Under the pieces are notes generated by a model. That model ran no database searches. It was not told where the DNA came from and was given only the letters and a program-made list of their open reading frames with translations. DNA of 64,000 nt from Patescibacteria group bacterium (GTDB taxonomy: Bacteria; Patescibacteriota; Minisyncoccia; Phycocordibacterales; WO2-35-19). The position numbers and the translations under genes are program-made. This document shows, one piece after another, positions 33,017-42,940 of this stretch. The stretch is from positions 884-64,883 of the forward strand of contig JBBUFS010000004.1 of NCBI GenBank assembly GCA_038056395.1, read 5' to 3'. Every line of letters starts with the position of its first letter. Position 1 is the stretch's first letter.

Positions 33017-34309
33017 TTAAACCGGTTTATTGCGCGGTTTTATAACGGGACCCTCAAGCAAGGTTCCAACTTTTCCGTTTTTTAATGCGCTACTCATAAT
33101 CGCAAAAACTTTTTCCAATCGTCGCGATACTTCTGCGATGTGAGAGGTGGTGTGAGAATAATTCATAACATTGGAACAACTCGTCAAAATACCAGCTTTG
33201 GCTGTCTCTTGAATAAACAAACTTTTGAGAACGAGATCATCATTTCCGTCGTTGTCCTTGAAAACAAATACCGGATGAGGACCGATACCCACGGCTTTCG
33301 TCGGGATTTTATATTCATTGGCAAGGGCATTGTAATTTTTGATCAGCAGATTCCCGGTTTCCCACAATCTTTTTTGAATATTGTTTCGCTTCATAAAATC
33401 AAGGGTTGCCAACGCGGCCGCGATACTTGGCAGATAACCGGCATAGGTAAATGAAAAAAATATGTCACCAGCATTCAAAGTCGCCATAATTTCTCGCTTA
33501 CCGCCCAATACCGAGAGTGGTTCGCCGTTGGAAATCGCTTTTCCATAACAAACCAGATCCGGAATGACACCGAAATATTCCGCGGCGCCACCCATGGCCA
33601 AACGAAAACCAGTAACCAGCTCATCAAAAACCAGCACCGCTTTATGTTTGCTGGCTAGTATTTTTATTCCTTCAAGAAAACCGGGGTGTGGCAGAGCAGA
33701 ACTGACTGGCTCAAGAATAATCGCGGCTATTTGATTGGGATAATCGTTTAGAATTTTTTCAAGACTAGGCAAATCATTGTATTTAAACTCATGGCTTAAA
33801 TTCTTAACCGCCTCCGGAATACCTCTGTTGCGGAGAGGATTGGTGGCAATTGCCCAATCCGGCCAGCCGTGATAGCCGCACTTGGCAACATGGTCGCGCC
33901 CGGTGTAAGCTCGAGCCACTCTGATAGCGGCAGTAGTAACATCAGAACCATTGAGACCAAAACGCACCATCTCGATATAAGGCAGCAGGCCGACAATCTT
34001 TTCAGCCAAGACGACTTCAAGATCGCCTGGTATGGAAAAAATTGTCCCTTTTTGGCGTTGACGGAGAACCGATCGTTCAATAAGCGGATGTTGGTAACCC
34101 AAAATGATCGCTCCCAATGAGGAAGCGAGATCAATATATTTGTTACCATCAACATCCCAGACTTCGCAGCCTTTGCCTCTTATGATTGCGTAGGGCGACA
34201 CCCCTTCCACAAATTGATCAGGAGATTTGCTTAAGGTTTGGGAAGCCCGCGGAATCACTTTTTTTGCTCTTTCCAGTAATCTTTTTGAATTTAAGGTTCT
34301 TCTTTTCAT
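33017..34309 (-). CDS. Class III (GSA-aminomutase-like) PLP-dependent aminotransferase
   Basis: 430 aa; ...GSDVTTAAIRVARAYTGRDHVAKCGYHGWPDW... and general class-III aminotransferase architecture. Confidence 0.7.
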   Translation of the reverse strand: MKRRTLNSKRLLERAKKVIPRASQTLSKSPDQFVEGVSPYAIIRGKGCEVWDVDGNKYIDLASSLGAIILGYQHPLIERSVLRQRQKGTIFSIPGDLEVVLAEKIVGLLPYIEMVRFGLNGSDVTTAAIRVARAYTGRDHVAKCGYHGWPDWAIATNPLRNRGIPEAVKNLSHEFKYNDLPSLEKILNDYPNQIAAIILEPVSSALPHPGFLEGIKILASKHKAVLVFDELVTGFRLAMGGAAEYFGVIPDLVCYGKAISNGEPLSVLGGKREIMATLNAGDIFFSFTYAGYLPSIAAALATLDFMKRNNIQKRLWETGNLLIKNYNALANEYKIPTKAVGIGPHPVFVFKDNDGNDDLVLKSLFIQETAKAGILTSCSNVMNYSHTTSHIAEVSRRLEKVFAIMSSALKNGKVGTLLEGPVIKPRNKPV

Positions 34310-34336
34310 TGTAATACAGCTCTTGTTTCTAAAATA

Positions 34337-35104
34337 TTATTTTTTAAAATTAAAGCAATTTTTTTTCCAGCTACTAAATCCGTCATGCCGTCTATATTTT
34401 TTATTTATATCAATCAGGGAATCATTTTGTTTCAATACTTTCAAAATATCTTCTAAGACAAAATCTCTGGGCAAGAGTTTTAACAGATTGTTGATAAGTT
34501 TGATATCATCCTTATAATCAACCGTAAACCTAAATCTTGATATATCTTTCTCGTTGTTTAAGTTGGCTATTCTAAACCGCCGAGGATTGTCTCTGATATG
34601 GGCGGTAACATGTTCTCGCTCATGCGATTTTTTAGCTTTTTTCCACATGTTCTTTAAAATATTAAAGGAAAAGACTTCAACATCCAGACCATCCGGAAAG
34701 GTTGGTGGGATAACATTACTGGCATAATCAACTTTTTCCCGAAAAAAAATATTTATTACTTTATCAATAATCTGCGGATCGGTTAGAGGGCAGTCGGCGT
34801 TAATTCTGATGATCACAGAATAGTTGCGATAAAACAACGCGCATTGATAAAATCTGTCCAGAACATCATTTTCCGAACCGCGAAAACAATCAACGCCGAT
34901 TTTCCGGCATAATTTTTCCGTAACATCGTCTTCTCTTCTATCAGTAGTAGCGACAACAATTTTGCCTATTTTTTTTGCTTGACCAACTCTAATCAAAACA
35001 TTTTCAAGAATTGTTCGGCCCCCGGCTTTCATTAAAATCTTGCCGGGCAAGCGAGTAGAATTCATTCTGGCTTGAATAATGCAAATTGTTTTTATTTTTT
35101 CCAT
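34337..35104 (-). CDS. SpsF/PseF-type cytidylyltransferase (CMP-sugar synthetase family)
   Basis: ICIIQARMNSTRLPGKILMKAGGRTILENVLIRV is the acylneuraminate-cytidylyltransferase-family N-terminus. Confidence 0.65.
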   Translation of the reverse strand: MEKIKTICIIQARMNSTRLPGKILMKAGGRTILENVLIRVGQAKKIGKIVVATTDRREDDVTEKLCRKIGVDCFRGSENDVLDRFYQCALFYRNYSVIIRINADCPLTDPQIIDKVINIFFREKVDYASNVIPPTFPDGLDVEVFSFNILKNMWKKAKKSHEREHVTAHIRDNPRRFRIANLNNEKDISRFRFTVDYKDDIKLINNLLKLLPRDFVLEDILKVLKQNDSLIDINKKYRRHDGFSSWKKNCFNFKK

Positions 35105-36000
35105 AAGCTGGGAAATATTATGCTTTTTTCGACATCAACAAAATTTTCTTTCAATTCTTTTATGCAGTTATCGCAATCCTTATTCTTATCTGCTATATCT
35201 ATGTCTTCTTTTAGCTGATCTAGATCATCCACGCCAAAAACCGTATAATTTATATCTTTGTTTTTGCAGGAAAACAGAAGAGCCGCTTGTTGTCTAGACA
35301 GATTATATTTATTTATAATTTTATCAAGCTTTTTCAAATATGGCTTGGCAATTTCCAAATATGGAGGAATTTTCTCCTCTGACATAAAAAACAGACCCTG
35401 TAAAAAAGCGCTGCGCGCAAAAACTGTCACATTATTTTTTTGGGCAATTTCAAAAAAATTTGTTTTGTTTAATCTTTGGTCAAAAATGCTATACGGCACT
35501 TGTATATAATCAAATTTATTGAGTTCAACCGCATAGACAGCATCGTTTTCTTCATAAATAGAAACGCCTATGTTTTTGACTAATTTTTGTTTTTTAAGGT
35601 TTACCATAGCGTCAACCGTTTTATTATCATATATATATGCCGGAGTATGAAAAAGATAACCATCCACATAATTTCTATTTAATCTTTTTAATGATTCCTC
35701 CAGATTGTTAGCTATAATATCGAGAGCTTCTCCGTGAGATTCAGACATAATATTCGGTTTTAATTTAGTAATAATCTTTATTTCCGCGCTTAAATTTCTA
35801 GTTTTAATAAATTCCCCTAAAATTTCTTCCGCTTCGCCGTAATTATAGGCAGTATCAAAAATCCTTATGCCCTTTTGCCAAGCATAATCAAGCATGGCAA
35901 GAGATTTCTCTCTTGCCGGTTTTCCATTTGGATTGTTAATTCCGTAATTTAAACCAAATTGAACCGTGCCCAGTATTAATTTGTTTAATAAGCTATTCAT
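35092..36000 (-). CDS. Aldo/keto reductase
   Basis: LGTVQFGLNYGINN ... GIRIFDTAYNYGEAEEILG ... AKR fold motifs. Confidence 0.75.
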   Translation of the reverse strand: MNSLLNKLILGTVQFGLNYGINNPNGKPAREKSLAMLDYAWQKGIRIFDTAYNYGEAEEILGEFIKTRNLSAEIKIITKLKPNIMSESHGEALDIIANNLEESLKRLNRNYVDGYLFHTPAYIYDNKTVDAMVNLKKQKLVKNIGVSIYEENDAVYAVELNKFDYIQVPYSIFDQRLNKTNFFEIAQKNNVTVFARSAFLQGLFFMSEEKIPPYLEIAKPYLKKLDKIINKYNLSRQQAALLFSCKNKDINYTVFGVDDLDQLKEDIDIADKNKDCDNCIKELKENFVDVEKSIIFPSLWKK

Positions 36001-36083
36001 TAAATTTTGTTAATTATATCATTAAAAATATAATATTGCTAGTGTTTATAATGTAATTTGATATATAATAGCAAACATTAAAT

Positions 36084-36962
36084 ATGAGAAGGACGAACCA
36101 GCTTGTAAAGCATAAATTGGGATTTTTCCAAGTTAAAAATAAGCCAACCCAAAAAGAATTGGAGAATTTTTATTCAAAACAATATTATCAAAACGAACGT
36201 GGCAGTTATCGCTCTCAATATTCCAACGAAGAAATAAAGTATTTTAATGCGAAAGATGAACAAAGGTTTGAAATTATTTCTAAACTGATTCCGAAAGGCA
36301 AACGCCTTTTAGATATAGGTTGCGGAGAGGGTTATATGATTGATTTTTTTAAAAAGGGAGGATGGGATGTTTTGGGTTTAGATTATAGCGGATTTGGTTG
36401 TTCAAAAATGAACCCCGCCTGTCTTTCCATGGTAAAGATCGGCGACATCTACAGGAGCATAGATGAACTCATAAGCAAAAAAGGAAAATTTGATGTAATC
36501 AGCTTGAAAAATGTTTTGGAGCATGTGCTTGAACCAGAAATACTCTTAAAAAAAATAAAAAAACTTGCCCGCAGTAACACGATCCTGATTGTTACGGTAC
36601 CGAATGATTTTTCATTTTATCAAAATTTTTTGTTGAAAGAAAAAATGATTGATAATCCGTTTTGGGTGATTATCCCGGACCATATCTCTTATTTTGAAAA
36701 AAACAGTTTAAAAAAAATCTGCAGCTATGCCGGCTGGCAAGAAAAAGAAGTAGTGGCTGATTTTCCAATAGACATATTTTTATCAAATCCCCATTCCAAT
36801 TATATCAAAGATAAGTCCAAGGGACCGGCCGCCCATCAGGCCAGGATTAAATTGGAAAATTTGTTTAATAATGTGTCAATCAAAGCAACGATTAATCTTT
36901 ACAAAGCAATGGCCGAACTTGGTTTTGGAAGACAGATTACCGGGTACTACAAAATTAAATAG
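36084..36962 (+). CDS. Class I SAM-dependent methyltransferase
   Basis: RLLDIGCGEGYMIDFF (motif I), VISLKNVLEHVLEP (motif II/III). Confidence 0.65.
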   Translation: MRRTNQLVKHKLGFFQVKNKPTQKELENFYSKQYYQNERGSYRSQYSNEEIKYFNAKDEQRFEIISKLIPKGKRLLDIGCGEGYMIDFFKKGGWDVLGLDYSGFGCSKMNPACLSMVKIGDIYRSIDELISKKGKFDVISLKNVLEHVLEPEILLKKIKKLARSNTILIVTVPNDFSFYQNFLLKEKMIDNPFWVIIPDHISYFEKNSLKKICSYAGWQEKEVVADFPIDIFLSNPHSNYIKDKSKGPAAHQARIKLENLFNNVSIKATINLYKAMAELGFGRQITGYYKIK

Positions 36963-36985
36963 GCCATTTATCCGATTTTTATATT

Positions 36986-37672
36986 TTAATCATTCAATTC
37001 CCTTATAATTTCAAAGGCCTCCGCACATTCATATCCAACATTCATACCCCGATATTTAGCAAGAATCCTTATTCCCTCGTAAGATCGAGGGTGGGGGTAT
37101 GAGCGCATTTCATTCCTATATATTTTTAATGCCTCTATTTTTCTATCTATAAAACTAGTTATATTATTATAAAAATTTGGCATAAATGTTTTTCCAGAGT
37201 TTTTATTTTCCCATTCGGTAGAAGAGGGAGTTTCAAAAGTAAAAATCTTTTTTACAAAAAATCCTGGCTGAGGCCGACAAGCAGTGAGAACCGCTTGAAA
37301 AGTCAGTTTGTGGTCAATATTCAAATCTCCGCCATGGTGGGTATAAATTATATCCGGCCTTATTTTATTTATATATTTTTCAACAATTTTAGCAATTGAA
37401 AGAAGCGGAATAGAATCAAATTGATTATCGGGAAGTTTTTCCAAAAACAAATTTTTAAATCCCAATTTTTTGCTTACTTGTTCTGCCTGTTTTTCCCTTC
37501 TTTTTGTGTCAGTTGAAGTGGCGGTACTGCGAGAAAGTTCCCCATCGCCCAAAATAAGGGCGGAGACTTCATCTTTCTCCGCCACATGTTTGAGTATGGT
37601 CCCGCCGATGCCCAGTATTTCATCATCCGGGTGAGCGACAATAACCATTATTTTTTTTCCTCCTGTTTTCAT
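36986..37672 (-). CDS. PIG-L/LmbE family N-acetyl-sugar deacetylase
   Basis: IMVIVAHPDDEILGIGGTILKHVAEKDEVSALILGDGE. The probable start is the ATG at 37672 (GGAGG 8 nt upstream), forming an ATGA overlap with the stop of the upstream formyltransferase; the track ORF extends to 37744. Confidence 0.7.
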   Translation of the reverse strand: MKTGGKKIMVIVAHPDDEILGIGGTILKHVAEKDEVSALILGDGELSRSTATSTDTKRREKQAEQVSKKLGFKNLFLEKLPDNQFDSIPLLSIAKIVEKYINKIRPDIIYTHHGGDLNIDHKLTFQAVLTACRPQPGFFVKKIFTFETPSSTEWENKNSGKTFMPNFYNNITSFIDRKIEALKIYRNEMRSYPHPRSYEGIRILAKYRGMNVGYECAEAFEIIRELND

Positions 37673-38340
37673 TTCTCTTTTATTTCTACCGACACTTTGA
37701 GGCCGGTTTTTGTTTTCTCGGCTTCCGAAAATTCCATTCTCCATTTTTCTCCCTCAATAAAGGCCTTGGGATATTCCGGAGCGTCAAGCATACGAACGAT
37801 ATCATAAATTTCTTCCATTGGCATGGTTTCCAAAATCTTTCCGTCTTCGGGCTTACGCCGCTTAAAGGAAACAATTTTCCCTTTTTGTGGCTTCGGCTTT
37901 GGATTACTCTTTGCGATAAGGGGGATCATTTCGCCGAAAATCATTTCCGAGGCGCGGATATATATCTCCTCCGCCGTTCCGAACAGGGAAAGCTTGCGTT
38001 TGAGATAAACAGGTCCAGTATCCAATCCCCCATCCACTTTGAGAGCTGTTATTTTAGTCCTTTTGTGTCCGCGAACAATCAGATTTTGGAGCGGACTGCC
38101 GCCGCGGCCATATGGAAGATCAGTCATATGGAAAACCACGCACTCAAAATTTGACCATATCTCTTCCGGAATAATCCATGACCAGTGTGGAACAAAGATA
38201 TATCTCGGATTTATTTTCTTTATCTTATTGAGCGTCAGATCCTCCTTGCGCGCAATAAGATGGAAGTTTTTCTTTCGACCGAAATATTTCTTAAAAAAAG
38301 ATATATTCCAGGGCCTAATAGTGGCTATTATGTAATTCAT
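37669..38340 (-). CDS. Formyltransferase-family protein (Fmt N-terminal-domain-like; sugar N-formyltransferase candidate)
   Basis: VFHMTDLPYGRGGSPLQNLIVRGHKRTKITALKVDGGLDTGPVYLK corresponds to the formyl_trans_N catalytic region (HxSLLPxxRG...N...G...D.G.DTG). Confidence 0.6.
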   Translation of the reverse strand: MNYIIATIRPWNISFFKKYFGRKKNFHLIARKEDLTLNKIKKINPRYIFVPHWSWIIPEEIWSNFECVVFHMTDLPYGRGGSPLQNLIVRGHKRTKITALKVDGGLDTGPVYLKRKLSLFGTAEEIYIRASEMIFGEMIPLIAKSNPKPKPQKGKIVSFKRRKPEDGKILETMPMEEIYDIVRMLDAPEYPKAFIEGEKWRMEFSEAEKTKTGLKVSVEIKEK

Positions 38341-38434
38341 ATGGTTTCTCTCCGTTGTTTAGAATAATACAAATAATAACTTAAAGCAACTTGACAAAGT
38401 ATATAATATTTTTATAATCAAACGCTAGACGTCT

Positions 38435-39004
38435 TTGAAAAGGAGAGCTACACTAATGACCATGATGGATCTTGTAAATGAATTCATTGATTTGTATAAG
38501 AGTTCGCCCGAAACAGTCCCAAAAAATACAGACGGCATTGTTGTGCTTATGGGGCCGGCACGTCGGGTGGATATTTCTAGAATAAACCTTGGGTTGAATA
38601 TACTCAGGACTTTGAGTAACCCGGTTCCCATAATTTTCAGCGGAGTAACGGAAGAGAGAGAAGAAATTCTTTCCCTTATGGAGCGGCTCGGCTCGCCAAA
38701 ATCGCTGACTCATTTCCAGGATTGCGGCAAGACTGGCGTTGCCAACACCAAAACCCAGTTTGAAACTTTGATTGCCGATCCGCTGACCAAAGACCTCAGA
38801 AGATTGGCCATTGTAACGAGCGTGTGGCATATTCCCAGAGTAAAGAGGACCGCTGCAAAATTCCTCCCGCCTGAAACCCGGTTTGTTGTGGCTGGAAATC
38901 CTGATGGAAGCAATGATTGCGACTCATTCGTTTTGGTCATGGGCGAGATAAGAAAAATCATTGAGTATTCGGCCAGGGGAGACATTTCGGCCAAGCCACG
39001 CTAG
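38435..39004 (+). CDS. YdcF/DUF218-family protein
   Basis: GIVVLMGPA ... IIFSG ... IVTSVWHIPRV pattern of DUF218 (ElyC/SanA/YdcF). Confidence 0.5.
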   Translation: MKRRATLMTMMDLVNEFIDLYKSSPETVPKNTDGIVVLMGPARRVDISRINLGLNILRTLSNPVPIIFSGVTEEREEILSLMERLGSPKSLTHFQDCGKTGVANTKTQFETLIADPLTKDLRRLAIVTSVWHIPRVKRTAAKFLPPETRFVVAGNPDGSNDCDSFVLVMGEIRKIIEYSARGDISAKPR

Positions 39005-39015
39005 TCGCAATTTTT

Positions 39016-39723
39016 CTATTTTTCTTTCACCTTTATTTTTATTATATTTTTTAAATCTGTAAGCGACTTTACTTTTATACAGTCATTCACTCCCGGATGC
39101 GAAAGCTGCCTATCTACCAACACCGGAATAAGCCCTGCCAAACGGGCCGGTATTATATCAAGTTCATAATCGTCTCCAACATAATAAATATTTCCGTAAT
39201 TCCCAATCATGCCATGCAAAAGTTCTTCAAAAAATTTAGGGTCCGGTTTTGCATATCTTGATTGCGACGAACTGCGTACAATATCAAAATATTTCAAAAT
39301 TCCCGTTTCCTGCAATATTTTTTCAAGTCCCGCAGTCCAGTTGGCAAGAATCCCCAGCAGTATTTTTTCATTATGAAAATACTGGAGTGTTTCCAGCACA
39401 TCCTCATAAATCGCGTATTTGGCGCAAGTGTCAATTTTCTTATTCAAGGCTTGCGCCTGCCCGTCAAGTGACTTAAGCCCTAAAATTTCCAATAATTCTT
39501 TATTGTATAAAATGTAATACTTTTCTCTTTCTTCTTTTGAGTTAAATTGGGGGTGAATAAATTTATGCTTATCGTAGACAATATCCAACGCTTTTTGGAC
39601 TGATTTGACAGAGACATTTTTATTGAATTCTTTGCAAGCAAATTGGCTGATTGTCTCTTCAAGATTTTTTTTAAAAATAAGCGTTTTGTAGCAGTCAAAT
39701 ATTATGTAAATCTTTGATTTCAT
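39016..39723 (-). CDS. HAD-superfamily hydrolase
   Basis: IYIIFDCYKTLI (DxY/DxD motif I), GILANWT, IYYVGDDYELDIIPARLAG (motif IV). Confidence 0.65.
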   Translation of the reverse strand: MKSKIYIIFDCYKTLIFKKNLEETISQFACKEFNKNVSVKSVQKALDIVYDKHKFIHPQFNSKEEREKYYILYNKELLEILGLKSLDGQAQALNKKIDTCAKYAIYEDVLETLQYFHNEKILLGILANWTAGLEKILQETGILKYFDIVRSSSQSRYAKPDPKFFEELLHGMIGNYGNIYYVGDDYELDIIPARLAGLIPVLVDRQLSHPGVNDCIKVKSLTDLKNIIKIKVKEK

Positions 39724-40742
39724 ATATTTGTTATTCTGCCTTGTTTTTTGAGTTTTGCGTACCGTAACTGCGGAACGATATGTTCTCCAAATAGACGCAT
39801 GATAAAACCGTCCTTATAATCCAGCGCCGGCCGTTTATTTTCCAGAAAATAATCTATTGCAGCCAAAGCTTCATTGAATCCCAGCATGGCCCTAAAAATT
39901 GTGGTGCTGGATATCCTGGCATTTATTTCAATAACGCAAGGTTGGTGATTTTTATCTCTTCGAAGCTGCACATTGCACGGACCGATTGCCCCAACGCTTT
40001 CGGCCGTTTTTTTTGCGACATCCGCCATATCTTTTTGGTGGTTGGCAATAGCATGCCAAGTCATGCCGAATTTAAGCTTTCTTAGCATGGTTATCGCCCC
40101 AAGCGCCCGCGAATCCTTTGTCAAAAATACACCCACCGTATATTCTTCATCTTTGCCATTGTCAATATATTCCTGAATTATCGGATTGGACACATTTGGC
40201 CACTTCTTATCCAGCTCCTTTTTATTTTTGATGATGTAAAAATCTTTTGAGCCGCTTCCGTGTCTCGGCTTCAAAACAAGCGGCCATCCATATTTTTTTA
40301 TGAGCTTATCGGCGCCGTTTTTTGTTGTGTAGGTTTCCGGCACTCTTATGTTATTTTTTGACAAAAATCGGTAAGTTGCTAATTTATCCTGATTGCAAAT
40401 ATCCAAAACTTTCTCGGGCTGAACCACAAAATAAGCCTTGGTGCTTGCTTTCAACCTTTCAACATTTTTAGCGATAACAATCTGCTCCGCCTCAAAGCAA
40501 CTGAATACTATATCAATTTTTTCCTTATTGCAGATGGTTATGATATCTTTGAGAAATTTCTTTTCATCTCCAAGCACCGGCTCAATAATATAGCCCTTGT
40601 CGGCAAGAAATAATCCGCAACTTTCCGCGTTTATGTCTGTGGCAATTATTCGCATTTTCCGACCAAACATTCTAAGCGACTTAATCACTCCCTGTCCGAT
40701 ATCCCCGCTACTCGCGGTAACCAAAATATTTATTTTTTTCAT
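39720..40742 (-). CDS. ATP-grasp domain ligase
   Basis: WPLVLKPRHGSGSKDFYIIKNKKEL ... PIIQEYI ... VIEINARISSTTIFRA (ATP-grasp motifs). Probable start MKKINILV at about 40742; the track ORF extends to 40814. Confidence 0.65.
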   Translation of the reverse strand: MKKINILVTASSGDIGQGVIKSLRMFGRKMRIIATDINAESCGLFLADKGYIIEPVLGDEKKFLKDIITICNKEKIDIVFSCFEAEQIVIAKNVERLKASTKAYFVVQPEKVLDICNQDKLATYRFLSKNNIRVPETYTTKNGADKLIKKYGWPLVLKPRHGSGSKDFYIIKNKKELDKKWPNVSNPIIQEYIDNGKDEEYTVGVFLTKDSRALGAITMLRKLKFGMTWHAIANHQKDMADVAKKTAESVGAIGPCNVQLRRDKNHQPCVIEINARISSTTIFRAMLGFNEALAAIDYFLENKRPALDYKDGFIMRLFGEHIVPQLRYAKLKKQGRITNI

Positions 40743-40746
40743 TAAA

Positions 40747-41802
40747 TTATTTCGCAATAAGCCGCCAAGACAGAGGCGTGCCGGACTTGATATCGATTTT
40801 AGCGCGCCGACCAATAACGCTATCTAAATATTTTGGAGACAAACCATAGCCAGGACGGATAGAACGAATGTTGCTCTTAGAAAAAATTTCTCCCTTTTTC
40901 ACATCCTTGACTACAAATAAAGATCGACGATACACACTATATTGCTTCTCTCGAGGAGTCAGTTTATAACACGGGCGACCAACGGCTTTTTCTACCTGAC
41001 GGATAGATTCTACGAGTTCTTTAAACTCTGCCGGTTCCAGAGAAAATCCGGCATCAGGACCACCTTCAGAACGTTTGAGTGTCAGATGCTTTTCAATAAT
41101 ACAGGCGCCCAAAGCCACCCCCGCGATTGAAGAGATGGCGCCGAGAGAATGGTCGGATAGTCCGGGAACTACCTTAAATTTTTTGGCCAAATCAGGTATG
41201 GTCGCCAAATTCATTTGTTCGGCTGTAGCCGGATAGGAAGTGACGCAATGCAATACTGCCACCGCCGGTGCGCCGTTTGCTCTTAAAGTTTTGACTGCCA
41301 GCTCAATTTCCTTTACTGAAGCCATGCCCCGCGAAATTATAACAGGTTTCTTTGTTTGGCCTATTTTTTTAAGCAACCCGATATCCGGAACTTCAAAAGA
41401 GGCCACTTTATAGAGAGACACTTTGAGCTTATTCAAGAAATCCACCGCTGTCTCATCAAAAGGGGTGGAAAAAAATACAAGACCCCTGTTCTCGGCATAT
41501 TTTTTAAGTTTTGCCTGCCATTCCCATGGCGTATAGGCCCATTTATATAAATCATAAAGGGTCTTTTTGTCCCAGAGATTGTCGGTCTTAACTTTAAACC
41601 ATTTTAGGTCGCTATCAATTGTCATCGTGTCTGGTGTGTAAGTTTGCAATTTGACAGCATCAGCCCCGGCTTTGGCCGCCGCATCTATGATTCTCAAAGC
41701 TTTTTTATAATCATGATTATGATTGCCCGACATTTCCGCCACGATAAAAACCGGTTTATTTCTGCCAATTATTCTCCGTCCTATTTTAAATTGACTAGAC
41801 AT
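40747..41802 (-). CDS. pseI: Nonulosonic acid synthase, pseudaminic acid synthase-like (NeuB/PseI family)
   Basis: FKIGRRIIGRNKPVFIVAEMSGNHNHDYKKALRIIDAAAKAGADAVKLQTYTPDTMT ... LWDKKTLYDLYKWAYTPWEW ... GLSDHSLG; close to C. jejuni PseI motif order. Confidence 0.8.
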   Translation of the reverse strand: MSSQFKIGRRIIGRNKPVFIVAEMSGNHNHDYKKALRIIDAAAKAGADAVKLQTYTPDTMTIDSDLKWFKVKTDNLWDKKTLYDLYKWAYTPWEWQAKLKKYAENRGLVFFSTPFDETAVDFLNKLKVSLYKVASFEVPDIGLLKKIGQTKKPVIISRGMASVKEIELAVKTLRANGAPAVAVLHCVTSYPATAEQMNLATIPDLAKKFKVVPGLSDHSLGAISSIAGVALGACIIEKHLTLKRSEGGPDAGFSLEPAEFKELVESIRQVEKAVGRPCYKLTPREKQYSVYRRSLFVVKDVKKGEIFSKSNIRSIRPGYGLSPKYLDSVIGRRAKIDIKSGTPLSWRLIAK

Positions 41803-42940
41803 AATTAAAAAATTTCTTAACGATTAAACACACATATAAAATACCCAATCTTGAAAGTTGCGGGTGAAGCGGTAAAGTAAGGCAGGACTCCTGGTATAAC
41901 TCTTCGTTTGGCAAGGCAAATTTTTTATAGCCATTATTTCTATAGTATGGATGCGAATAAACAGCCGGATAATGAATCGTATTCCCTATTCCAGCTTTTT
42001 TTAAATAAGCCATCAACCCACCTCGCCGATTTGAATCTTTCAAACGAATAACAAAAATATGCCAAGATGATAGGGCCTCGTGTTCAACGGGTAATATTAT
42101 ATCTTTTATTTCTTTTAATTTTTTTATATAAACGGCGGTTAATTTGCGTCTTTTTTTTACAAAATTATCCAGCCGCTTTAATTGGCTTACTCCTAAACCA
42201 GCAGCAATATCCGACAAGCGATAATTAAATCCTAACTCTATCACGCTATTAAATCCATTCTTGTCTTTCACAATACCATGAGAGCGAAAATATTTCAGTT
42301 TTTCATAATATTTAATATCATTAGTCAAAACAGCGCCCCCCTCTCCCGTGGTTATGTGTTTAACCGGATGAAAACTAAACACAGTCATATCGGCAAGTGT
42401 TCCCGTTTTCTTTCCTTTATATAAAGCGCCAAGAGAGTGACAAGCGTCTTCAATCACAATCAACTTATCCTTTTTGGCAATTTTTTTTATTGCATCCATA
42501 TTGGACGGATGTCCGGCAAAATCCACCGGCGCAATCGCCTTGGTTTTTTTTGTAATAAGAGACTCTATTTTATTTTCATCAATATTATATGTATCCAATC
42601 TAATATCACAAAAAACGGGTTTGGCTCCGGTCGCCAAAATCATATTTGATGTTGCCGCAAAAGTATTGGGAGTGGTAATAACTTCATCCCCCGTTTTTAG
42701 ACCGGCCGCCAAATACGCAATATGGAGTCCAGCAGTGCCACTGCTTACAGCCACCGCATATTTTGCTCCGCAATATTCTGCCAGCTTCTCTTCAAATTTT
42801 TTTACTTTAGGACCCTGAGTGAGCCAATCCGATTCTAACACTTTAACTACAGAAGATATATCTGCATTATTAACGCTTTGGCGACCATATGACGCTAAAC
42901 CAGTCCGGCTATTTTTCTTATGTCCTTTGTAGTGAGCCAT
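41795..42940 (-). CDS. pseC: DegT/DnrJ/EryC1 PLP aminotransferase, PseC-like (UDP-4-keto-6-deoxy-sugar 4-aminotransferase)
   Basis: YGRQSVNNADISSVVKVLESDWLTQGPKVKKFEEKLAEYCGAKYAVAVSSGTAGLHIA ... FSFHPVKHITTGEGG. Confidence 0.8.
   Translation of the reverse strand: MAHYKGHKKNSRTGLASYGRQSVNNADISSVVKVLESDWLTQGPKVKKFEEKLAEYCGAKYAVAVSSGTAGLHIAYLAAGLKTGDEVITTPNTFAATSNMILATGAKPVFCDIRLDTYNIDENKIESLITKKTKAIAPVDFAGHPSNMDAIKKIAKKDKLIVIEDACHSLGALYKGKKTGTLADMTVFSFHPVKHITTGEGGAVLTNDIKYYEKLKYFRSHGIVKDKNGFNSVIELGFNYRLSDIAAGLGVSQLKRLDNFVKKRRKLTAVYIKKLKEIKDIILPVEHEALSSWHIFVIRLKDSNRRGGLMAYLKKAGIGNTIHYPAVYSHPYYRNNGYKKFALPNEELYQESCLTLPLHPQLSRLGILYVCLIVKKFFNYV

Noticed and set aside
38453-38994. Minus-strand ORFs (125 aa, 94 aa) overlapping the DUF218 gene
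   Set aside because: Antisense to a plus-strand ORF that carries recognisable DUF218 motifs; their translations lack motifs.
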